A stretch of DNA of 63,688 nt, counting the filler, from Asterionella formosa (lineage: Eukaryota): assembly GCA_002256025.1 (NCBI GenBank). It is 13 parts of 13 records of this genome, joined end to end, with 100 filler letters (N's around TTAATTAATTAA, not from the genome) between each part and the next. Parts side by side here need not be neighbours in the genome. Positions count along the whole stretch, not along the records: positions 49,089 to 53,889 come from NKIB01013355.1; positions 53,990 to 58,790 come from NKIB01013356.1; positions 58,891 to 63,688 come from NKIB01013357.1; 10 more parts are not named here. The stretch is one strand, 5' to 3'. Each line of letters starts with the position of its first letter. Position 1 is the stretch's first letter. This document shows, in pieces, positions 49,089 through 60,658 of this stretch. The translations under genes and the position numbers were made by a program. Below the pieces are notes generated by a model, which was not told the origin of the DNA, made no database searches, and saw only the letters and a program-made list of their open reading frames with translations.

Positions 49089-50984
49089 TTGTCTCTCGTC
49101 GCCATTGCACCTTTCTTGCCAGCAGAAGCGACGAAGCGAAAGCCATGGAAGCACCAACGCGCCTTCCCACTAAAATCATCCGCTAGTTTCACTATTGACA
49201 ACATGACATGCACACACTTTAAACAGCCGCTCAACCATTTCGTATCCATAGGAAAGAGCCCGAGCTATTTGCAGAGATATTGTTTGTACGATGGGTTCAT
49301 GACCAACTTAACTACTGATCCAATCTTTCTCTACACTGGCAACGAATCTCCCTTGGAACAATACATCAACAATACTGGGTTGATATGGGAGCTAGCGCCA
49401 ACCTTCCAGGCCCAAGTTGCCTTCTTCGAACATCGATACGAAGGAGAATCCCTGCCAAGAAACATATCCAATGATTGCATGTCCTACGCATCGTCACAAC
49501 AAGCCCTTGCAGACTTTGTAACGCTGTTAGATTTCCTTAATCCTCAATCCAAACGACCGGTGATTGCATTCGGTGGGAGCTATGGGGGGATGTTGAGTTC
49601 ATGGTTGCGCATGAAGTACCCCGACATGATCGCTGGAGCAATTGCAGCATCAGCTCCCATTTGGGGCTTTCCCAGGAATCGACCCACCGCGATTGACACT
49701 GCTTGGACAGTTGTCACAACCGGCCTGACTCTGTCGTTTCCACCCACACTGGAAACGCGAAAGGATAATCACTGTGTGGAGAATCTGCAAGCAGCGTGGC
49801 CTCTGATTATGTTTCTGGGAGAGACTCAACAAGGGAGAGACGAATTGGCTAAAGCATTTAGGTTGTGCGATCCACTGGAGGACATGGATAGTGTACTTCA
49901 GCTGCTCGAATGGGCGCAGAGCCCGTGGTTTGATCTGGCAGAAAGTAGTTTTCCATATCCGTCATCATATATTACATTCGCCTTGCATATGGGATTAAAT
50001 GATCTGCCAGCCTGGCCCCTTCAGGCAGCTTGCTGGAATGTCAGCCACCTACACCAGGAATGGGGTATCCAAATAAACGGGAACAGGGAAGCAACTGCAG
50101 TGAAGCACTCAATTAAATATGGAGATTCAGGACTGGTTCTTGATGTTGACTGGAACAATGTATCGGTGCATGATGCATCATCCTGGTCATACTCTGAAAC
50201 AATTGTTGGCTTACTTTCAAGTGTTAGAGATGCTGTTGGAATTTGGTTTAATGTCAGTCACAACCTTGGTTGCTTCAACATAACACCAGCTATCAACATG
50301 AATGCAAAAGAATGGGAAAACATCAGTGTTGACTACAATCAAGTCACAGAAACCAGCAAATCTCAATCACTGCGAAGGGTGGAAAGGAAGAAGGGTGCAG
50401 ATGATGCGCAGAAATGTCTTGAAAAAATGAAAGCTGAAGGCAGTTGGAATTCACTTTGTTGCAATGAAGATATGAATATAATCATTACAGATGCTAGGGG
50501 TCTTGGGCATGATATGTTTTGGCCTCCTTCTTTTCCAAGAGGTACTGAAACATATAACGATATCATTCACGACTACTCTGTTGATTGGTGCATTGACCCT
50601 GATGGGATCTTTGGCTATCCTCAAGTTCACGATCCCTGGTCCACATGGTTGGATCTTTATTATGGTGGGCTTCGCATTGGTTCCCATTCCAACATTGTTT
50701 TTTCCAATGGATTATTGGACCCCTGGAGTGCAGCTGGTGTTTATGCAGACGAAATACCCCCATCAACTGGCTATGATGGTCCAATGGTTCAAAATATCAC
50801 CACCGATGGTAGTATGATTGCACTAATTATTGAGTTTGGTGGTCACCACACTGACTTAATGTACAGTGATCCACTTGATCCAGGTTGTGTTGTAAAGGCA
50901 AGAGAAATTGAAAGACTGCACATCAAAAAATGGATTGAGGGATGGCATGGGGGTAAAGCCAGCTTGACTTGTTCTAGAGACTAG
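49089..50984 (+). CDS. Peptidase S28 (lysosomal Pro-X carboxypeptidase-like), 5'-truncated
   Basis: QPLNHF, PIFLYTGNE, EHRYEGES, GGSYGG, ASAPI, SNGLLDPWS and GGHHTDL. Confidence 0.95.
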   Translation: MSLVAIAPFLPAEATKRKPWKHQRAFPLKSSASFTIDNMTCTHFKQPLNHFVSIGKSPSYLQRYCLYDGFMTNLTTDPIFLYTGNESPLEQYINNTGLIWELAPTFQAQVAFFEHRYEGESLPRNISNDCMSYASSQQALADFVTLLDFLNPQSKRPVIAFGGSYGGMLSSWLRMKYPDMIAGAIAASAPIWGFPRNRPTAIDTAWTVVTTGLTLSFPPTLETRKDNHCVENLQAAWPLIMFLGETQQGRDELAKAFRLCDPLEDMDSVLQLLEWAQSPWFDLAESSFPYPSSYITFALHMGLNDLPAWPLQAACWNVSHLHQEWGIQINGNREATAVKHSIKYGDSGLVLDVDWNNVSVHDASSWSYSETIVGLLSSVRDAVGIWFNVSHNLGCFNITPAINMNAKEWENISVDYNQVTETSKSQSLRRVERKKGADDAQKCLEKMKAEGSWNSLCCNEDMNIIITDARGLGHDMFWPPSFPRGTETYNDIIHDYSVDWCIDPDGIFGYPQVHDPWSTWLDLYYGGLRIGSHSNIVFSNGLLDPWSAAGVYADEIPPSTGYDGPMVQNITTDGSMIALIIEFGGHHTDLMYSDPLDPGCVVKAREIERLHIKKWIEGWHGGKASLTCSRD

Positions 50985-51617
50985 CTCATTTGTGGTGTCA
51001 TCATTCTATCATTAGATTGTACTTCATACCATGAAGATTTGATTTCCCATTGCATGCCATATCATATTGTGTCACTTTCGGGTATATTCTGGTACAAACA
51101 TTTTGCGTGTCCGTCCTTCTCACCTTGCTATCTTTATGGCAGCAAGAAAGCCGCATCGTCAGGATGGTCACGACACCCCCAGTATTATGAGCATACCTGG
51201 TACTATTTTTACTCAGCACCACCGAGCGAAGAATGAGATTTCCTCAACATGTCTGGGTATGCTGATGCTGTGGTGAACGGGTAACGATGTGAATATTGCT
51301 TTACACCGTACTCTACGATAGCATCATGCATGCGAAATGAAACACACCCGGAGTGTTGATGTGTAATACGTATACCATATGCAACTATAGTAGGTCTAAT
51401 ACCAGTAGCGCTATATGGACTGTGGTAATCATAAATAATGGACGAGCAATAGACCTGGTAGTAGGAAGTGGTACTACCGGTAATATTTTTATATACATCA
51501 TGATACAAGGGAAGGTCACCATCAAATATTCGAAATCTTCTTTGCCATTTGCTCCTTCCTCTACGTTATTGTTTACCTTTTGCTGAACTTTGAGGTTCCT
51601 CGCATCGTATTCGTCCC

Positions 51618-52439
51618 ATGATGGCAGGTTTGATAAAATTTGGATCGATAGTCACTTTGCTTCTATTTCAGGATTGTAACTCGTTCGTATTTCCAAAACC
51701 ACCTGGGAGTGTCAATTTGTTTGGTACCCAGAAAGAAGTTGGCTCGTGGGTGGTCACGGCAAAGAAGCGACGCAAACGAAGAGATGGAGGAGAAGATTCG
51801 TCAGGATTTGAATTCAGTGGGGATGAGCTTCCTGACTTTGATATTGGTGGCGAGGAGGGCGAGGAGGTCGAAGCCCAGCGCACTTCCACTCGTACCATGT
51901 CGGCCGAGGGCGAGATCTCCGATGCCATGATGGGAGCTCAGAAGCAGCTAGGAACTATCAACGACCTTCTCTCAGATAGATCGCTAGAATCCAAATTCAA
52001 GTTTGAAGAGCCTGAGGAGCCTTTGCCAGATTTGGTGGAGCTTGCGAAGGCAAAGGCGTCTGCTGCAACTGCATTCCCTGGTACGGAAGTCGGAAAGCGG
52101 GCCCAACAGGCTGCACGAAAAGCAGCAGCCATGGCTGCCAGTGAAGAAGAAAAAGAGGATGGCTTTTTATCCAAGCTGATAGCCAAGTTGGGTAAGGACG
52201 AAGACGGTAAAGACCTATCTCCTGTTAAGGTACGTTTCTCAGATTGCAGGGTGTCAACGGACCATGTGCGATTTTTGCTCACTGAACCGGCATTCTGTCA
52301 TTCTATTTTGTAGCTCCTAGAACAAGGAACATGGTTTTGCATCTATACCCTTGTTGCTTGGGAAATCTACCTTAATTCTCCTTTGTTCGAGAGAGCTGCA
52401 CCGATGGCTCCTGTTGTTTATTCAACTCCGTTGCCATAG
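51618..52439 (+). CDS. Putative plastid-targeted membrane protein; join(51618..52229,52314..52439)
   Basis: Signal peptide ending CNS-FVFP (ASAFAP-like) and a basic transit region. A GTACGT...TAG intron spans 52230-52313. Exon 2, LLEQGTWFCIYTLVAWEIYLNSPLFERAAPMAPVVYSTPLP*, supplies a TM helix. Confidence 0.8.
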
Positions 52440-52622
52440 CAGACTATCCGCAGTGCCTGATAATCCTATTTGAGTAGTATATCAGTGTTGCAACACTAGC
52501 TAGACTAGACCTATGGATACAAAACTTTTCTCTCCGCCCATGGCCTTATTTTTCACACAATTGGAAAATGTGTGCCCAAAAAGTGGCGTCCCTTGCCACA
52601 AGAAAAGTGAAATGAAAAGTAG

Positions 52623-53810
52623 TTATGAAATTGTCTTCTGATTGGGACAACTGTTCACTCTCTTCGGAGCAGAAACACTCGGCACTTGCGAAAGTTTCTG
52701 TCTCCTAGCGGTTTTATGTAGCACCTCGTCTCGACATTGGTTCAGTCCAGCAGCAGTAGTCAAGAGAGATAAACCACTGGAGGGTTCCTCCCACATGGAA
52801 TTTTGCATCGAAGCTCCGGTGGCGGTGCAGGAGGTGCTCAAATCGGCAATACTCCGCTTGCTAGGACGCCTTGGAGGAGGAGGCATCAAGGAGGAGGCAG
52901 AAAAATTACCAACTGGTTCGAGCTCTTGGGTGTAGGGGGCATTGACAGGAAGCTCATGTACATTTTGGTCGTCAGTGAGTGTGGACAAGGATGGCACGCT
53001 TGAATTCATGTTGAGCTGCGGAAGTTTCTGATTGGAAGAGGACGAGAAACCAAGAAGCTTGGTCGCCATAGTGGAGGAAAGAGCCACTGCCTTGCGGACC
53101 GCATAACGGGCTTGCTTCATCATCGATTGTAGAAACGAAAGAGTGTCCAGGACAATTTCCGCTTTGGTGATCAAGCCATCAGGTCCGAAACTCGCTTGTA
53201 TAGTTCCCGGAGCGACAACACTGATCGTTACTAAGGATCCAAATATTTTGAGGTCTATTACGGTCTCAAGCACCAGAGGCATCACAACATCTCCGGAGGA
53301 ATTCCGTTCCGACGCCTGCAATACCCGAAAGGATGTTACCACCGTGGAAGGGGTGATGGGGTCATTGGAGCAAGCCAGGAGACTTACCAAAACTCTCGTG
53401 AGTGTCGAATCCTTTTGTGTCTGTGATTGACGGAACAATGCAGCCAACGATGACCGTTTCCTGGAATCCACCAACGACATGAAAGAATCAATGAGGTTGC
53501 CAAGAAGGGTCAATGGGGCGACTTCCAGCTCGTCCCTTGTGAGTGCCAATGGACGAGCCAAATTAAGGGCAGCGTACTCCTCGATTGACCCATAAGATGA
53601 CCTGGATGAGTCTTTATGCTTGAGCATCAGCGTAGGCATCATGAAGCAGGCAGTGCCTGTTCGAATGGAAGGCGACACAAAGCGAGGCAAGGTGCCAGAC
53701 GAGTCTTTCAATGGTTGCACGCCGGAATGACCGTCTATAGTCAATGCGCTTGACAGTAAAGAAGCAAAGCTTCCGAGAATTCGATCTTGTTTCTTGATCG
53801 TGCCGGGCAT
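52623..53810 (-). CDS. Hypothetical protein, 395 aa
   Basis: Long ATG-initiated ORF with a globular core and a low-complexity tail. No family recognised. Confidence 0.8.
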   Translation of the reverse strand: MPGTIKKQDRILGSFASLLSSALTIDGHSGVQPLKDSSGTLPRFVSPSIRTGTACFMMPTLMLKHKDSSRSSYGSIEEYAALNLARPLALTRDELEVAPLTLLGNLIDSFMSLVDSRKRSSLAALFRQSQTQKDSTLTRVLVSLLACSNDPITPSTVVTSFRVLQASERNSSGDVVMPLVLETVIDLKIFGSLVTISVVAPGTIQASFGPDGLITKAEIVLDTLSFLQSMMKQARYAVRKAVALSSTMATKLLGFSSSSNQKLPQLNMNSSVPSLSTLTDDQNVHELPVNAPYTQELEPVGNFSASSLMPPPPRRPSKRSIADLSTSCTATGASMQNSMWEEPSSGLSLLTTAAGLNQCRDEVLHKTARRQKLSQVPSVSAPKRVNSCPNQKTIS

Positions 53811-53989
53811 GGCGTTTCGTAATCTAAGTTGAATTGCGATGCTTCGTGGCTTGATTCTTTCTTTTGTTCAGTCCTGGTGATGGAAAATTNNNNNNNNNNN
53901 NNNNNNNNNNNNNNNNNNNNNNNNNNNNNNNNNTTAATTAATTAANNNNNNNNNNNNNNNNNNNNNNNNNNNNNNNNNNNNNNNNNNNN

Positions 53990-56989
53990 GCTGCCACCGC
54001 TGCCGCTTCGGCTCAAAAGCCTTGCAGTGAACAAGAAGTGAAGGCACTAATGAGTATGTTTGCAGAAATCATGGGAATGGAAGAGCCTCCGTCCTCGTCA
54101 AACAGCAAGATGCCTGTCTTTATGTTTGGGAACAAGGGATCTAGAAACAGCATCTCGGCTAGTATGACAAGTCATTTTGAAGCTGCTATGAATAGTACCA
54201 TGATGGCTGATCTTGACGATGAGGAGGAGGACGACGATGATGCAGACGATGACGACGACGACAGTGACGACGACCTATCTCAAAAGCAACCTCCCGTTCC
54301 GACCAAAATTTCGCCAGAAGACTGGAACGAGTTAGAGCAAGTTGTGACTGAAGAACAGCTCGCTGAGGAAGACCGTCACAAAAAGGCTATGAAAAGGAGA
54401 GAAAAGAAACACCGCAAGAAGGATCGGGTGCGTCAAGAACGAGAAGACAAGGCGGTGGCTGCTGCGGAAAAGAAGCATTCTGCCAAAATTCAATCTTGGA
54501 AATCGCGTTTAGTTAGTGCAGCTCAATCGAATGATGTTTCGAAATTGGATGCACTACTAGGAGAGTCGCCGCTGGGCGAAAAAAGCGAGATTCAAGTGTG
54601 TATGGAATTTTTATGGCCAACTTGCATCGCGAAGTCACGAGATTTGGTAGGAGAAAACACAGAAGCGAGGCTCGCTTTGGCGAGCTATGTGCTCTTGCAT
54701 CAACCAGACGTGGTGGCTTCTACAGCCAGAGTGGGTCGAAATTCGTTGCATTTATCAAGCTTGATAGGTGACTATCCTTTTTTGCGATTTGTGATTCAGA
54801 AGCTAAGGAAGAACACCGCTACAGAAGAATTAACTGCACTTCTGGATATTACTTGTGAAGATTCTGGATGGACTGCCTTGCACTATGCGGTTGTATCAAC
54901 GTCCATTGAGTGTACAGAAGCTCTCTTGGCAGCTGGTGTAAATGTGCAAATACGGACTGACAGTTCCAAAACTAAGTTTCAGGACAATGGATTGACCCCT
55001 AGAGAGTTGGCGCAAGCAATAGTTAGTGGTAAGGTATCTGATATTGAATGCCTCGGTTTGGCCATAGAAGATTTGGAAGTTGAATCGCTATCTAGTGGCC
55101 GAAGTCGTCGTCAATATCATGATCTATTGAAGGAATTGATTGATCGATTAACAGGGGTAGAAGTGAGCGGTTACACCCCTCCACTCAGCGGCCCATTTGC
55201 TCAAGAAGATCAAGAAGAAGAAAAGGATGAAATATCGCCATCACGAGACGACGCATTGAAGAAAAAGCGCAAAAAGAAGAAGAAGCAACTATTGGAAGAA
55301 CCTACAGCTGTTTCGGTCAAACCAAGTCAACCCCTAGTGGACCAGGAAGATCCTATGATCACAGCACTATTGGGAATGGGATTTACGAGAGATCAAATCA
55401 CACAAGCTGTGAATGCACTCGGCGGTACGAATAATGCCACAGCTGACGATGTGGTGGTTTGGATTTTTGGTCAAAACGAAGGGGAAACGCAAAGCCCGCC
55501 CATCCCTTCCATATCGAATCATAAAGCAGTAGCACAACCATCCAAAGAAATCGCATCTGACGAGCACGAGCGTAGAGCAGCCACCCAAGCGAAAACCAAC
55601 AAACTGGAGGCGGCCAAGAAAGTGGAAGAGGAGCGTGTTGCTGCGCAGCGCTTGGCTGCAAAACGAGAAGAACAACGACGACGAAATCGAGATTGGAACA
55701 ATCGAGAACAAACTCGACAACGAGAAGAAGCACAGGCGAAATTGGCGCTCGCTTTGGAACTAAAGGCAAAAGCGGACGCTCAGCAAATGTATCCTCAACA
55801 GGAACAGCTAGGATATATGCCATCTACATTTGCGCCATCTACTCCAAATATCCCAAATCAGTATGCAGGAGTTCCCCGAGGTCTGCATCAGAATGTAATG
55901 GATGGCGGAGCATACAACGCTCTCGTCGGTGGCGTTCCAGGATTGTCACCCGGGGTGATGTACGGGATGCATGCCGCAATACCTAGGGCTCCTGGTGTGC
56001 ATCATAGTAGGACGCATGAATACATGCATGCACCAGGCCATGTCGCGGAGATGCCCTCATCAGACTTTTCGGGCCTTGCCAGAGATGGATTCTACGAGGA
56101 GGATGTCGCTACCGTCTCATCGTTTGAGATTAGAAGTGGGTCGATTCAAGGCGATTCTTATTCAATCCAACCAAGTCCTGACGCTTATCAAGACAGATTA
56201 CCTTTCGCACCAATGCCACCTGGATTTGATACACCTGCTCCTGGCTTTCAAGAAATAGGAACACATGATGTATACGATTCAAACCATACTGGTGAGATCA
56301 GAGCGACTGCACGAGCCTTCGTTCCAACAGTCACTTTTACACGATCGCCTGCAACATCATCTGGTCGTGGAAGTACTCCCGTATTATTGGCGGGAAATTC
56401 GTTGGCTGGACTCTCTACCCCAAGTAACAACAGCATCATTCCTAGTCAGTCCATTGCTGGAAGTGTCGATACCAGTAGCATGGACTGTTGTCCTTCTTTA
56501 TTACCGTCTGCTCCACGACACATCAATCCGCATCCTGGTTTATTTGATCATCCTTCGATTCCCACGCCACCAATGACTTACCCTCCAATTATTGGTGCTG
56601 CTTCCTCAATCACGGGGCTTCCTTCGAATGCAGATATCACCTTGCCGCCTCCAGGTGGCTTTGCTCGTGATCTGGACAAGAGTATTTCAGGTTCCTCGTC
56701 GTTGTATGTGATGCCCCCAACATCATCGCAGGGAAGTATCGGAGGTGGCTTTGACAACGCAGTAGCAGCAACCTCTGGCCTTGCCCTTTGGGGAAGTGGC
56801 ATGCCAACTGCTCCTGCTCCGTCTGATCCCATTTTGCTGGGAGGTCTGCTGAACCTTGGCGACGATAACAGTGTAAGCAACGACAGAAACGGCGCTGCCA
56901 GTCTCCCACTTAATCCTGGATGGAACGCAGTTGGTCCACAGTATAACAATGGGGGAGCACATTCCAATGGCTTAGGATCGATATGGTAA
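53990..56989 (+). CDS. Ankyrin-repeat / UBA / coiled-coil protein with a Pro/Ser/Gly-rich tail, 5'-truncated
   Basis: GRNSLH, SGWTALHYAV and GLTPRELA ankyrin motifs; ALLGMGFTRDQI UBA-like motif; PAM2-like IRATARAFVP. Confidence 0.88.
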   Translation, partial: AATAAASAQKPCSEQEVKALMSMFAEIMGMEEPPSSSNSKMPVFMFGNKGSRNSISASMTSHFEAAMNSTMMADLDDEEEDDDDADDDDDDSDDDLSQKQPPVPTKISPEDWNELEQVVTEEQLAEEDRHKKAMKRREKKHRKKDRVRQEREDKAVAAAEKKHSAKIQSWKSRLVSAAQSNDVSKLDALLGESPLGEKSEIQVCMEFLWPTCIAKSRDLVGENTEARLALASYVLLHQPDVVASTARVGRNSLHLSSLIGDYPFLRFVIQKLRKNTATEELTALLDITCEDSGWTALHYAVVSTSIECTEALLAAGVNVQIRTDSSKTKFQDNGLTPRELAQAIVSGKVSDIECLGLAIEDLEVESLSSGRSRRQYHDLLKELIDRLTGVEVSGYTPPLSGPFAQEDQEEEKDEISPSRDDALKKKRKKKKKQLLEEPTAVSVKPSQPLVDQEDPMITALLGMGFTRDQITQAVNALGGTNNATADDVVVWIFGQNEGETQSPPIPSISNHKAVAQPSKEIASDEHERRAATQAKTNKLEAAKKVEEERVAAQRLAAKREEQRRRNRDWNNREQTRQREEAQAKLALALELKAKADAQQMYPQQEQLGYMPSTFAPSTPNIPNQYAGVPRGLHQNVMDGGAYNALVGGVPGLSPGVMYGMHAAIPRAPGVHHSRTHEYMHAPGHVAEMPSSDFSGLARDGFYEEDVATVSSFEIRSGSIQGDSYSIQPSPDAYQDRLPFAPMPPGFDTPAPGFQEIGTHDVYDSNHTGEIRATARAFVPTVTFTRSPATSSGRGSTPVLLAGNSLAGLSTPSNNSIIPSQSIAGSVDTSSMDCCPSLLPSAPRHINPHPGLFDHPSIPTPPMTYPPIIGAASSITGLPSNADITLPPPGGFARDLDKSISGSSSLYVMPPTSSQGSIGGGFDNAVAATSGLALWGSGMPTAPAPSDPILLGGLLNLGDDNSVSNDRNGAASLPLNPGWNAVGPQYNNGGAHSNGLGSIW

Positions 56990-57094
56990 ATCTAGTAGCG
57001 ACTGGAATATTCTTAAATTTAGATGGCCTCACGCACTTAAAAAAAGGTATCAGACACATCGATATGGACATATCATCTGAGAAAATCCAAGGGA

Positions 57095-58735
57095 CTAGCG
57101 TGAGCTACCTTTAAAGGCAGCAATAGAATGTGCAACCGGTCTTGCTGATGGACTCATTTTGATGTAGATTTCGAATAGGTTATTATACACAGCTGCATTT
57201 TCTGGGTTTGGTTCAACCCGTTTTGCGGTCCGTACCATTTCCTTGACAGCACCGTCGACTGTCCCGTGAACTCCGGCTCCCACACTGGCCAAAATTGCAC
57301 TTCCAAGTAGTGGAGCGTCAGCATTTTCGCAAACAACAACGGACCTGCCAGTGACATCAGCGTGCATTTGCAGCCACAGAGGTGAACGGGTGGCCCCTCC
57401 GGCAATGATTATCTCTCTGCAATCATGACCTGCTTGAGCTAGACCGTCCATAGAGGCACGCGTGCCGAAGCAGACAGCTTCCATCAAAGCACGCCAAACA
57501 TGGCCTCTAGTGTGAGATAAAGTTAAGCCCATCAATGCTCCCCGAGCAAGTGGATCAGTTTCTGGTGTACGAGATCCCTGGAACGTCTCCAATCCAACCA
57601 GGCCATCGCTACCGGGAGGAATTCGTGATGCTTCATCGTCGAGTATTTTGTACTCCAAGTTATTACCAAAGAGCGACTTTGCCCATCGAAGAATCGATCC
57701 GGTCGAAGATTGACCACCTTCGGCGAAATTAATTCCGGGTAGAGGAGCTCCTCGATAGGCTCCCCATGTTCTTTTAGCAGTGGTTGGCTTGGATGAAACA
57801 ACACACAGGAGGTGTGATGACCCAGTGATTAGGCAAAGCTGACCTGCATAGACACATCCAAGCCCTATCATCCCAACGAAGGCATCTGGCCCTCCTTGAG
57901 CAACTGGCAGACCTTCAGGAAGATTCAAATGTTTGGCAGCATCTGTGGTCAGTTGTCCGACTAATGCTCCCATGGGAATACATTTTTGTGGCAACTTTTC
58001 GGTTAACTCAGGAATTCCAAGTGTTTCATAAAGCGATAGCGGCCTGCCTAAATCGGAGCTCTTGATACATTCTTCTCCATCCCAATGCCATCTAGCAGCT
58101 GCATTACAAGAGCTTGCACACATAACATTTGTCAGCTTGTAATTGAGGTAATCTTGATATTCACATATAGTCACCGCTGCCTCCCAAATATCAGGTTCGT
58201 TTTCCTTGATCCACAATGCTTTTGGTGTCATCCACTCAGCTGATAGTGGTCCTTCACCTCCACAGTTGACATTGAGAGCAGGGTCACCTCGACATTTTTT
58301 GAGGATGGCTTCTGTTTGAGGTGCTGACCTAGCATCCATCCACAAGAGACATGGACGCAGTGGATTGAATGCGGCGTCCAGAGCAACAACAGAGCAACAT
58401 GTTGTATCAAGACAAATAGCACAAAATTCGAAATTTCCTTCGTTCTCAGTAGATTCCACTGCTCCTCTCACTGATTTCCCTAGGCTCTCGTACCAGTCAG
58501 CGGGATCTTGTTCAGCCCATCCTGGGCGTGGATGATACGTTTGATACGGGATAGCACACGCTTGTCCAACAACTCTTCCATTCACAGCATCAAAGCAGCA
58601 CGCTCGAATTGATTCCGTACCTCCATCGACACCAATAACAAGCTTCCTTGGAGCTGGGGTAGATGCAGCTAGATGGAGAAGTATCGGTAGGATTACAATC
58701 CTCCGCCCTACATGAGAAATGGATTTCCTTACCAT
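57095..58735 (-). CDS. FGGY-family carbohydrate kinase (ribulokinase/xylulokinase-like), 546 aa
   Basis: IGVDGGTES, PGWAEQDP, LWMDARS, GGPDA, TGSS, FQGSRTP, GGATRS and WLQMHADVTG. Confidence 0.95.
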   Translation of the reverse strand: MVRKSISHVGRRIVILPILLHLAASTPAPRKLVIGVDGGTESIRACCFDAVNGRVVGQACAIPYQTYHPRPGWAEQDPADWYESLGKSVRGAVESTENEGNFEFCAICLDTTCCSVVALDAAFNPLRPCLLWMDARSAPQTEAILKKCRGDPALNVNCGGEGPLSAEWMTPKALWIKENEPDIWEAAVTICEYQDYLNYKLTNVMCASSCNAAARWHWDGEECIKSSDLGRPLSLYETLGIPELTEKLPQKCIPMGALVGQLTTDAAKHLNLPEGLPVAQGGPDAFVGMIGLGCVYAGQLCLITGSSHLLCVVSSKPTTAKRTWGAYRGAPLPGINFAEGGQSSTGSILRWAKSLFGNNLEYKILDDEASRIPPGSDGLVGLETFQGSRTPETDPLARGALMGLTLSHTRGHVWRALMEAVCFGTRASMDGLAQAGHDCREIIIAGGATRSPLWLQMHADVTGRSVVVCENADAPLLGSAILASVGAGVHGTVDGAVKEMVRTAKRVEPNPENAAVYNNLFEIYIKMSPSARPVAHSIAAFKGSSR

Positions 58736-59299
58736 CTGAAATTTTGTGAGTTCCTCGCGATAATCAAGGGAGATTTCCTTTACTGGTACANNNNNNNNNN
58801 NNNNNNNNNNNNNNNNNNNNNNNNNNNNNNNNNNTTAATTAATTAANNNNNNNNNNNNNNNNNNNNNNNNNNNNNNNNNNNNNNNNNNNNGAAAACATTG
58901 TGGATGAGTATTACTCAAAGAAGAGTAGATTCATGTCATCATCAAGTCCATTGTCAGATGATATTCCCAGCTCAAGCCCCTTCTCACCTGTGAATGACTT
59001 GGGTATATTAAGTATGAAAACTAAAAATCAGCAACTAGGTGACATTATCTCGCCTGTTGCAAGGCGAGATCCAATTGGCAATTTGGATGACTTTGCTGTC
59101 TATGAATGAAGAATGAGTTAGGCCTTCTAACACTTTTGCTTAATTGTCGACTACCCCACTAAATAAATACATATGGAGTCCAACATTATAAAAAAATTCA
59201 ATTACATAAATTGTGAAATTAGATTATAAATTAGACCACCCTGTTCCGTCATGTTGCAATAAGAATGACGAAAATTTCTGGTTACGACCGCATATTGAT

Positions 59300-60460
59300 T
59301 CATCAGCGTGTATGTTGTTATCTTGTCGTTTCAGTTTGGCGACAGTGTGTCCATTTCTTTGTTTTATAGCTGGCGATAAATAGAAATGAATCCATAGAGC
59401 ACCATTTTTTTACTATTATCCAAAGCTCCTCCATGGACTATATCTCCACGCATGAGAAAGATGAATTTGAATGGTATGGACAAATGTATTGCATGTTTCT
59501 CATCTGCACAGTTATCCCATACATTTAAGCGATTCCCTCCTAAAGACAATGACATTATCATTCCCCAAGGAATAGGTGTTTCCCTTTCGCATTCTGTTGG
59601 TGTATAATCTTGATGTGGTTTCTGAGGTTTTGGGTAGCCATTCTTTCCAGAATTGATGAACAACATAGTGGCAGTGTGTGGTATAACTCTGTCATTATTG
59701 CTGGGGACATCATTGTAACCTGGTAGTAACAAGGACTTTATCATATGCCAAAATGGTTTTACATTTGGCAGATCCAGCTTTGAATATTTTAAGCTGTCAG
59801 TATAATTCTTGAAAGGAAACACTTGCATGGCTTTTCCTTCCATGGTATTTGCAAGTGCTTTATATGTTGCAGATGTTTTGAATGTTTGTTTCAACAAACG
59901 AATAGGAGGGTGATAGATTTTCTCGGAAGTACAAAAAGATTTTGCCACATGTAAAAATGGATCGTCTTTTTCTTCTGTTCCACAAAACTCATCTGGAAGG
60001 AAAGATAAATTAAGGAAAAACACGCGTTCTTGTTCAATTCCGTCGATAACATAAAGGAAGTTATCTGTTCTCAGAACTGTTTTGATTAGCCGTAATAAAT
60101 CAGTGATGAAACATAGGAAGTCTTCTATCTCTGCTGCATTTGGTGGCATATTGTTGTCTTTCTGATGTAGTCTAAAATCTCAAGGAAAGTGAGTCTTCCA
60201 TAAAATCATCGCTGGTCCTATATGATTCCGAAATTTCCTTGAAGTGATGTTTTGTTAAACAAGCCAGACTCTAGGACCACATAGAATTTGTTGAGAACAA
60301 AATCCAGGACACTGTCATCTAGCCTCGTCTCCTTGCCTTTGTCATCATGATCAAAGTATCTAACCAGTAAGAGTCGTTCCTTACTTTTCCGTTGTCTCTT
60401 GAACAGACATGAAATGCGCCATAGAAACACGTTTTTCCTGATTGAACAATCTGCAATCGG
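59300..60460 (-). pseudogene. 2OG-Fe(II) dioxygenase-like (double-stranded beta-helix) gene, frameshifted
   Basis: ORF 59364-60149 has PQKPHQDY...LMRGDIVHGG. After a slip in the T7 run near 59408 the other frame reads GALWIHFYL, where TGG occupies the expected Arg position. ORF 60218-60547 may be the 5' part. Confidence 0.6.
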
Positions 60461-60658
60461 TACCCCCTTCACAACCATCATCGTTCCATTCCTTGTAGCA
60501 CTCGGAACATTTGCCATTCCGCCCAGATAACAAATGATATATTGCACTATCGATAGCGTGCGAATGTCAAGAGAAACAAGGAAGCAGAAAGGGATAATGG
60601 TCTGTCAACAAAGGATTAAACAGTGAGCGAGTGCTGGATCGGAAGCGTCACGCAAAGC

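Larger units (their letters stand above)
4815..58890. other. 12 artificial 100-bp contig linkers (N44-TTAATTAATTAA-N44)
   Basis: Identical linkers at 4815-4914, 9729-9828, 14641-14740, 19552-19651, 24463-24562, 29373-29472, 34280-34379, 39184-39283, 44087-44186, 48989-49088, 53890-53989 and 58791-58890. The core puts stops in all six frames, and segment lengths never increase along the window. Confidence 0.98.
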
